Shown: piece after piece, positions 46,953 through 56,340 of the stretch
Numbering within the stretch: the first letter of the stretch is position 1
Layout: each line of letters begins with the position of its first letter
Origin: Eledone cirrhosa
Taxonomy: Eukaryota
DNA length: 56,340 nt
Direction: 5' to 3'
NCBI GenBank assembly: GCA_964016885.1
Contig: CAXHJY010001610.1
Span: 1 to 56,340 of the forward strand
Notes under the pieces: generated by a model
Seen by the model: only the letters and a program-made list of their open reading frames with translations
The model's database searches: none
What the model was told of the DNA's origin: nothing
Translations under genes and position numbers: made by a program

Positions 46953-49859
46953 ACATTGAAATAATAGAATTTGTTAATACAGATATACAACTGTAATGTA
47001 TAAAAATGCCTGCAATCAAACGTCAGCTTGAGCCTAATGAGAAACTTTTATGTGAGGTTATACAGGGCCAAAGTGAAAAGCAGGTCATGAAGAAAGGTGG
47101 CATGTAAGTTATGAGAACAGATGGGGTTAGTTCAAATATTACTAACAGGTAAATACCCACATTAACTGATCTCAACAATAGGGACCATAACTTATCTCCA
47201 ATGCATTCTGTTTATGTTTCCTATAACTACTGAGCTTCTTGCCTATCTTCATAGGTCCCTTGGTCCCCATATCACCTCCCTACTCATTGCTATCGGGGCA
47301 GAGTTGGCCATCCACAGGTGTGAGCTCCATGAGCTGGAATAGCTATTTCAACATGTCTTCTTCAGTATCCTCCTTGGTAACACCTTATCCACTGTGCACA
47401 CTGTCTGAGTTTGTATCATTGGATTAGTGATAGTATAGGTTGCTCTTATCACTCACACACAGATGTGTCTACTTCACCATATTATTTTGGTCACACTACA
47501 CATGCACTGCCTAACTAGTTGACATGCCTATCTTAACATAATGTATATCAATATGACCAGGCTACCACTAATAAATTCATCACTGGATGTCACAGTGTAC
47601 AATATTATGGAGGCATAGTATAACCGGAACAACAGATTTGTGGGCTGCATTGTGTCAGCTGACTCTCTGCATGTCACAGGACTGTCCAATCAGATTTGAC
47701 TGACAGGGAGGGGTGAGGCTATACAGCAATAGCATATGGCTCGACTTAACTCCTATGCAATCAGTGGTATGTTTAACCCCTTTTTACTATATTTGTAACA
47801 AACGACAGCCTATGAATAGCAAATCATTTTGAAAGTAATCAAAAATTTTGAGAGATTTTGTAATATAACTAACTTTGTCATTATTAAACTGGAACATAAC
47901 AAAAGAACATAACTAAAATTATGGTGGGATGTCTTTAGATGAATATAAACATTTAAAAATAAACACATTGCAGACCACATTTCAACTTAAGTATAAGTAT
48001 AAACCAAGATATAAAAACTTGGGTGTTTTGGGAAAGTATCATAAGTTATAATTCTGGTAAGTTGATTAGGCACTTCTAAAAATTATGACAGATAAGTCTA
48101 TGTAACATAATGATAGCATTCTTTTATTTTTTGCTGGTTTTCAATCTTTGAACTGCAACCATGTTGAAGCACTATCTTCAAGTATTTTGTTTTAATCAAC
48201 TTTTTATCATAGGACTAGTGGCAATTTCACATGGGTTGGTATCAAAAGGATTAATCCATCATTTAGTTTAATTCTACCATACTTTTGGGTGCCACTCTTG
48301 AAAGCATTCAAAGCTAAGTCTTTGTTTTGAGTTTTACCTTTTCCCATTACTCACGAAGGTTCTGAAAAGGGTCACTGGTACTTTCCTTCATTTAAAAAAA
48401 TGCTCTCTGGATATATCCATCGAGCTACCTGCCTAACTCCATGTCTATTTACCAAGGTACATATATGTCTACCCTCACTCACCTCCAATCACTCTCTTCC
48501 TATTTCTACATATATATCAAGATAAGTAGATTACTTCCATCTAAACACTCAAACATCAACCTTAATTTTGTTTCCCATTTGAGATCTCAGACTAAACACT
48601 TTGCCAAATCCTTCATTTCAGAATTTGTTTGTCTGGAGGTCTCTCTCTCACTTTATCTTTCATATAAAAGAGAGAAAAAGAAAGAACAAGCTCCAGAGAG
48701 ATTTAGCAAAGAAGCACAATATATATATATATATATATATATAGTTTGGCAAGCGATAGATTGATGCTTGAGTCTTTTTTATGCCTATAATGTCTAATAT
48801 CACCAATATGTGTATATATTTCTAAATGTTTGTGTGCATATCTGTTTCTCCTTCCTATCTCTCATTTTTATATAACAGTTGCTTGTTCCTCTCCTGCATC
48901 TCACTTCAGATTCTGTTTGTTTTACATCTCTCCTCATTTGCTTCCATTTATCAGTAATGTACTGGGTAATTGCTGCCCTTGTGCCAAAAAGTAGAAACAG
49001 TTATTTACTAACTCTCTCTCTCTCTCTATTGATATCTATTTCTCTTCCCTGCTTTTGCATGATTACAACTTTACTTCCTCTTCCTTAAAGACACTTTTTA
49101 CTGTTGTTACAAACACCTCTTGCTATGTATTTCTCTTTCCCCTTTATATTTTCCACTCTCTATGTTTTATTTCCTCACTCTCTCTCTACTTTGGAACATT
49201 TTCTTACTCTGCACGTACATCAAAAGTTATTTTAGAAAAAAAGAAAGACAATATGTACAGAGGGGATGCATATGCAATATCAAACATCCTCACCCACATG
49301 TACACACACACTAAATGGCACACATTGCAAATCTTCTTGGGGGGGTTCCAACCCAGAATCTGTTAAGAGCTGAAGTAATTTCAGGCTCTGACTCTGAAGA
49401 GAAGGGCCAGTGTTTTAAATATAGTTTTAACTATGCTTAGCAGGTGCATTCTCCATCAAGGATCTGTAGTGAAAATAAGGTGAGTACTCTAATTGCATGT
49501 TGGAGGTATAGTGATGTTTTAGTTCCATACACAATCAATGAACAAAGCAAATGAACAATAACAAAAAAACATGAATCAGATCTTTCACTGATTTGGTTTC
49601 AGTCATTCGACTTGATTGTGGCCATATTGGCGAAATGTCATAAAGAGCTTTGGCAATATCAATGCCAGTACTTATTTTATCTTGATTTTATCAATCTTAC
49701 CAAACTGATATGTTACAAAACAAAATCAAGAACAGAGACATAGATACACACACACTCCCACTCACACATTGAATACAAGCAGTGTTTTAAATAATTTATT
49801 TATGCAGAATTGCAATTATTATTTTCTAAGAAATTGTCCACCAACCGAGTCATCACTTT

Positions 49860-50230
49860 CTCGAACAATGTTGGGTACTTCTAAAAACCCCTCTTTTGGT
49901 CACGGATGACCATGGGTTTTGCACCGAGAAAGTTTCTCTCCAAGACACAACAAGCCTGCGCAAGGTGTTTTTTATTTTGCGGATGACCAGTAGTTGCCCA
50001 TGCATACCAGTCTACCCACTCCAGACCACTGATGTTGTCTAAGAGAAAGGCAATGGCTAATACAGTTTGGCACCAGTGACGACACAACTCATTTCTACAG
50101 CTGAGTGAACTATAGCAACATGAAATAAAGTGTCTTGCTCAAAGACACAACTCATCACCCAGTCCAGGAATCAAATTCACAACCTCTCAATTGTGAATCC
50201 AACTCTCTAAGCACTAAGCCACACACTTAC
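49860..50230 (-). mobile_element. tRNA-SINE family 1 with an alternative 3' body
   Basis: The reverse complement starts gtaagtgtgtggcttagtgcttagag, has the B-box variant gaatttgattcc and the core gtctttgagcaagacactttatttcatgttgct. Confidence 0.7.
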
Positions 50231-52854
50231 ACACACATATATATTATCAGAAGCTTCTTGAATTCTATCTATAAATTTCATGTTTCAAATTGCTAAAGAA
50301 ATTTAACAATTGGAAATAATTCAAGAAGCTTCAACTTCATATCCAGTTTTAACCCTTAAGGTAGCCAATTGTACAATTCTTGGAACTTTAGATAAAATGT
50401 CTTATGCTATTCCTTCTGGCTTTCTGCACTCTGAGTTCAAATCCCACCAAGATCAACTTTGCTTTTCATCCTTCTATCCAGTTATAATACCTTTATTCGT
50501 GATAACCCCTAAATGTTGATTTCCTGTCTCTTAACTGATATTCCTAAACCAGCTACGTATCCTTTACTTTAACCACTGAACACTGACTTCCTTTCTAGAT
50601 ATAACCTTACTTTCATCCAACTGTAGTTATATATATTAACCCCTAAACCAACATCCTATATCCCACAATACCCTAACATACTTTAACCTCTAAACTAACA
50701 CTGACATTGAGAATTTCTTGCATACATCATTCAATATATCACTCCTTAACTTATTTATCTAAATTCATGCCATTGGACTATTTGAGTTATTTTCCCATAG
50801 CTCATATTACTTTTTGATTTTGGAAATTATTGCTTGTCCCAATTTTCATAATTCTTTTGCTGTATATACATTTGTTGACTGATCAAGCAAGCTTGAGTTT
50901 ATTTTGTGAAATTAATTCCCAATCTCTTGAACTTATCTCCTATTTTCTCCGAGAGTCACTAAACAATGACTGCAAGTTATTTTTGTCTCTATTCCACCCC
51001 CTTCTCTGACCCACTTCACTTCTTTTGATAAGAGGAAAATTTCAATTGAGAATTTTTACATATGTTATTTAGTATGGCATCCTTTAACTTAGTTTTCAAT
51101 TGAAACTTTTTCAAATTATTGTTTTGCAACTAAACCTTCCAAACCTATCATTGCTCTTATTATTGTTGTTGTTGTTTTTGTCTGGTGCTGGTTGTAAACT
51201 GCTGTTGCAGCTGCTATTGTTGTTATTGTTGCTTTTGTCTACTTACCATTTTACAGAAGTAATATTACCTGCCTCTCTGCTTGTCTATCTGTTTGTAAGT
51301 CAGTTAGCTTGTTTTACTCCTGGAATTTGTGTATGTGCCTCCCCCCCCCCCCTCTCTCTCTCTCTCTTGTGATGCTGTCTACAAAGTCTGTCTGTTCAAC
51401 TTTCTATCTTGTCTGGATGCTTGAAGTCTTTTATCTATGACTGCCTGTCTGGGAAATCTGTTTGTCTTGTACAAATCATGTCCTTATTTTAAATTGACTA
51501 ACCATTGAATAGTTTTCATACAAAAAAACTATACCCTCCCAGTCTCTTTGAGGTTGCATGTTAGACTATGCTCTCCCTGAGGAGATCTTGACTGAAACAT
51601 GTATGGCATTGTCACTATTCTTACAAAAAAAAAAAATCTTTTTCTACTGCATATTTCCATTAAATTTTTTTATAAATTCATAAATTTCAGAGTTTTCTTT
51701 CTTGACTCTTTTCTCAAGAATTATCGTTAATGTAATATCAGCTGATTAAAAATTCCTTTTGTTCTATTACATTAAGTATGTTAGTCCAAACTTAACTATA
51801 CGTTCTTCATGCAAAAGGCATCTCTGGGAAATTTTTCAAAGTCATTTATCTATAGGTGTTTATGTGATCTAGCTTTTATTCTTGACTGGTTGTCCAAAAT
51901 GTCTTATCTAACAATTTATGCTGTCTTAAGTGGCCATCTTGTTAAATAGATTGTTTTTGCAGGATGTATAATTGTCTTAATTGGACATCAACCATCTCTT
52001 TCTATAAAGTTAGACCAACTAGCTTGTCTTTTGTTTTTTATTGTTTAGCCTGATTGAGCATAGCCATCCTATCTTTCTTTCAGGCACAGTGTATCTAAGA
52101 CTACATAATTCACTTGTCCTCTTTTTTTTTTAACACTTTCGGTACCATATTTCTAATGCTTATAAAATTCAAGAATTAATCTGGTGTTTGGAGTATAACC
52201 CAAGAAAGATTCTTACATAAAATTATAATTTAGATAAATATAAACATTTCAAAACATTTTTTCTTTATAAAAACTACTCCGGTTTCAGGCAGTTTGTTAT
52301 TGAAAGGATTAAGAAAGTAGGATATGATTTGGGGGAAAATTGACTATTATTTCTAACAAAACAAGTAAGTATATAAAGGTTCCCTCTTTAGCTTGCTGTC
52401 TGTATCTATCTTGTAGTTAGATTATAATCTTTGCATTTTATATGTTGGCACCCTCTTGGAAGAATTTCTCAGTTGAGCCAAAAGCTAAATTTGTGAAAGG
52501 GGGAAGGGAGTGGCAGATTCTACACCCCAGTCTAGACAGTATGTCTCAACTGTGCCCTGAGAACAAAATGGCAAAGACATTGCTGCAGAAAACAGCCAGA
52601 GACTACCACTGCATCAGCCACTCCACCTCATGGGGCTCCTCCCAATTACTCTTGGAATATGTTTGTCTATAGTCATAGTCTAACTTCTGTTGCCACTCTT
52701 ATGGAATATGTTTCCCTATCATCTAACAGTTATTTTATCTTCTTTTGCTACCACCTTCTCCCAACCATTTCACTTCTATCTATTTGTTATAAGTTGTCTT
52801 GTACCAATGTCTTTTCACTCTTACTCAGACCCTTTGGCTGAACCAATAACTCTG

Positions 52855-53645
52855 TTTGTATGTCTGCCTGCCTACCTGTCTATCTATCTACCCACCTATC
52901 TGTTTATCTATCTATACCTATTTAGCTACCAATTAATCCATCTAGCTGTTTGTCTAACAATTTAGCTATTACCAATCAATCCATCCATCTGTTTGTATGT
53001 CTGTTGATCTATCTATTTTCCAATCATCTTGTCTATTAGTCTACTAATAAATCTATGTGTGTCTATCTTACTTATTCTAAGACAAGAAGCAAATGCCCTC
53101 AAAAGTTAGATTTTTTCATTCTTGATGGCAACTGAAATTAAACTCTTCCAGAAATCTCTTTTGGACTAACCGTTGTTGATAAAGACCTATTGTTAGTTTC
53201 CTTGGATTATGAATTCTACATATCTATAAATGGTCTAGCTGCTGCCACAATAAAATGTACATAATATACTATATAAAGTGGTAGTGCTGTTGCCATGATA
53301 AAATGTACATAATATACTGCCCACCAATATCTTTACCTACCAATCAACATAACAACCTATCTATCACTACCTACCTACCTATCTATCTATCAATCAACTT
53401 GTCTTCCAACTCAACATATCAGTTACCTATAACTCTGTATCTATCTATTTATCCGGCTATCTAACCAATAACTGTCTCTATCTACCAATGAGTCTATATA
53501 TTCTCCAGTCACTGTACCTTTTTACCTGTCAACCTGTTTGGCTACCAATAAGTCTATTGTTTATCTATCTATCTATCTAGCTAGCTGTCTATATATCTAT
53601 CTATCCATATGTATGCATGTATATCTACCAATACACCTTTCTATC
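52855..53645. repeat. Decayed (CTAT/CTAC)n low-complexity region
   Basis: Interrupted atct/acct tetranucleotide runs. Confidence 0.7.
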
Positions 53646-54129
53646 TCCAGTTTATCACTAAACTTTATCTCATCTCAGACAAACTCTGTAGCCTCAAAAC
53701 TGTTCTACTTACGATGTTTGTCATCTTGTCTCTTCTTCTTTCATTGTTTGTTGTATACTAAATCACTGACTCTTAAAATCTCTCTTGCTTCCATGTTCTT
53801 TTTTTTTCTTCTTCTTTTCTATGTCTATCTGTCCTTGTTTGTGACTCTATCTCTAACACTTCTCTCCCAGCCTCACCACCCTGGGGCCTCCCAGCAAGGG
53901 AGATAATGTCAGCATCTTAAACATACCAGCTGGTAAAACTATTCTTCTCAGAAACCTCCATCTCATCTTGTGTGATCTCTATTCTATGGTGGTGAGGGGG
54001 AGGGGAGGGAAATAGGGTATAATGAAGGAAGGGGTGGGAACAGCTATGTTGTTTTAAAATTAACACCCCACACACCCTTTCACTTCATCTCTCTGCTTCA
54101 CTATGCCTCACCCCTTTTTCTCACTGTTC

Positions 54130-55850
54130 CACCACCACCACCACTAGTACTACCCAGTACCTGTAACACTATCACTACTGAGTATAAGTACCACTAGTAC
54201 TACCACAAGTGCCATCACCAACACCACTACTACTCAGTACTACCACCACTACCAAGTACCACTAGTATTACCACAAGTGCCATCACCAACACCACTACTA
54301 CTCAGTACTACCACCAGTACTACCAAATACCACTAGTACTACCTCAAGTGCCATCACCAACACCACTACTACTCAGTACTACCACCAGTACTACCAAGTA
54401 CCACTAGTACTACCACAAGTGCCATCACCAACACCACTACTACTCAGTACTACCACCAGTACTACCAAATACCACTAGTACTACCTCAAGTGCCATCATC
54501 ATCAACACTACTACTCAGTACTACCACCAGTACTACCAAGTACCACTAGTACTACCACAAGTGCCATCATCAACATCACCACTACCAAGTACCGTTAGTA
54601 CTACCACTACCAGTACTACCACCACTACCAAGTACCACTAGTACTACCACAAGTGCCATCAACATCACCACTACCAAGTACCGTTAGTACTACCACTACC
54701 AGTACTACCACCACTACCAAATACCACTAGTACTACCTCAAGTGCCATCAACATCACCACTACCAAATACCACTAGTACTACCACAAGTGCCATCATCAA
54801 CATCACCACTACCAAGTACCGTTAGTACTACCACTACCAGTACTACCACCACTACCAAATACCACTAGTACTACCTCAAGTGCCATCAACACCACCACTA
54901 CCAAATACCACTAGTACTACCACAAGTGCCATCATCAACATCACCACTACCAAGTACCGTTAGTACTACCACTACCAGTACTACCACCACTACCAAATAC
55001 CACTAGTACTACCTCAAGTGCCATCAACATCACCACTACCAAGTACCGTTAGTACTACCACTACCAGTACTACCACCACTACCAAATACCACTAGTACTA
55101 CCTCAAGTGCCATCAACACCACCACTACCAAGTACCACTAGTACTACCACAAGTGCCATCATCAACATCACCACTACCAAGTACCGTTAGTACTACCACT
55201 ACCAGTACTACCACCACTACCAAATACCACTAGTACTACCTCAAGTGCCATCAACACCACCACTACCAAGTTCCACTAGTACTACAACAAGTGCCATCAT
55301 CAACATCACCACTACCAAGTACCGTTAGTACTACCACTACCAGTACTACCACCACTACCAAATACCACTAGTACTACCTCAAGTGCCATCAACACCACCA
55401 CTACCAAGTTCCACTAGTACTACAACAAGTGCCATCATCAACATCACCACTACCAAGTACCGTTAGTACTACCACTACCAGTACTACCACCACTACCAAA
55501 TACCACTAGTACTACCTCAAGTGCCATCATCAACATCACCACTACCAAGTACCGTTAGTACTACCACTACCAGTACCACCACCACTACCAAGTACCACTA
55601 GTACTACCACAAGTGCCATCAACATCACCACTACCAAGTACCGTTAGTACTACCACTACCAGTACTACCACCACTACCAAATACCACTAGTACTACCTCA
55701 AGTGCCATCAACATCACCACTACCAAGTACCGTTAGTACTACCACTACCAGTACTACCACCACTACCAAATACCACTAGTACTACCACAAGTGCCATCAA
55801 CATCACCACTACCAAGTACCGTTAGTACTACCACTACCAGTACTACCACA
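54130..55850. repeat. ~1.7-kb minisatellite with higher-order structure, built from ACT/ACC/AGT/ATC triplets
   Basis: Recurring subunits agtaccactagtactaccacaagtgccatc(atc)aacatcaccactacca (46/49 bp), agtaccgttagtactaccactacc (24 bp) and agtactaccaccactacca (19 bp). Confidence 0.95.
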
Positions 55851-55929
55851 TCTCATCCTACCTAGATAGGAACTCATCATCAAAAACTGTGCTACAGAAC
55901 AAATGTTTCTCAGCTTGAAAAGTGACAAA

Positions 55930-56280
55930 TATGTGATGTATGTGTATGTGTGTGTGTGTGAGAGAGATAGAGAGAATGTGTTTGTGTTACAAGTCCGTAT
56001 GAGAGAAAGAGTATATGCCTGTGTAAAAAAATGTAAGAGTATGTGTGTATGCGAGAGAGGGCGAGAAAGAGTGTGTGAGAGTATGTGCTTGTTCTGTATA
56101 TATGTAAAAGAATGTGTGTGTGTGTGATAGAGAGAATGCGCTTGTGTTGTGTGTGTGTGTAAATGTAGGAAAGACAGTGTGTAGGAGACGCTGAGAGAGA
56201 GAAAGAATGTGTCAGAGAGAAAGAATGCACTATGTGTGTGTGTATATATATATATGTGCGTGTGTGTGTATATCTATCTA

Positions 56281-56333
<53 letters not shown>

Positions 56334-56340
56334 ATCTATC
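55930..56340. repeat. (TG)n/(GA)n/(TA)n low-complexity tract
   Basis: Direct reading of the sequence. Confidence 0.9.

Noticed and set aside
54130-55850. Thr/Ser-rich mucin-like exon
   Set aside because: The 46-, 49- and 19-bp subunits are 3n+1 long, so the frame rotates and meets TAG (ac-tag-t) regularly; the minus strand also hits TAG/TGA.

Overview
This is a repeat-dominated animal genomic window. The AT-rich background, long (TA)n/(TATG)n microsatellites and the SINE and RTE content suggest a cephalopod, probably Octopus; that assignment is inference only. No host protein-coding gene can be called with confidence, and there is only one weak candidate exon (39879-39962). The main contents are: (i) a frameshifted Helitron from 12816 to about 19388, encoding N-terminal 23-aa STPR-like repeats, a HUH/Y2 Rep and a PIF1 helicase, with stacked non-autonomous Helitron-like termini; (ii) several RTE-clade LINEs (APE + RT) that carry a C4HC3 PHD-type finger inside the RT region, one of which (36129-39612) is a single base short of an intact ~1037-aa ORF; (iii) a tandem cluster of short, internally deleted RTE derivatives with a structured head, a C2H2 finger remnant and a 3' stem-loop, interleaved with microsatellites; (iv) CR1/L2 and Tx1-like LINE fragments, an Hsmar2-like mariner fossil, Tc1/mariner and TTAA MITEs, and two tRNA-SINE families; (v) several fold-back inverted repeats, mostly next to (TA)n; and (vi) a 1.7-kb higher-order minisatellite. 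The most interesting leads are the RT-embedded PHD finger, a degenerate hammerhead-like fold whose predicted cut site lies within a few nt of the 5' end of a sibling LINE copy, the non-autonomous RTE array, and the composite Helitron. All alignments and folds were done by eye, so boundaries of degenerate elements are approximate.
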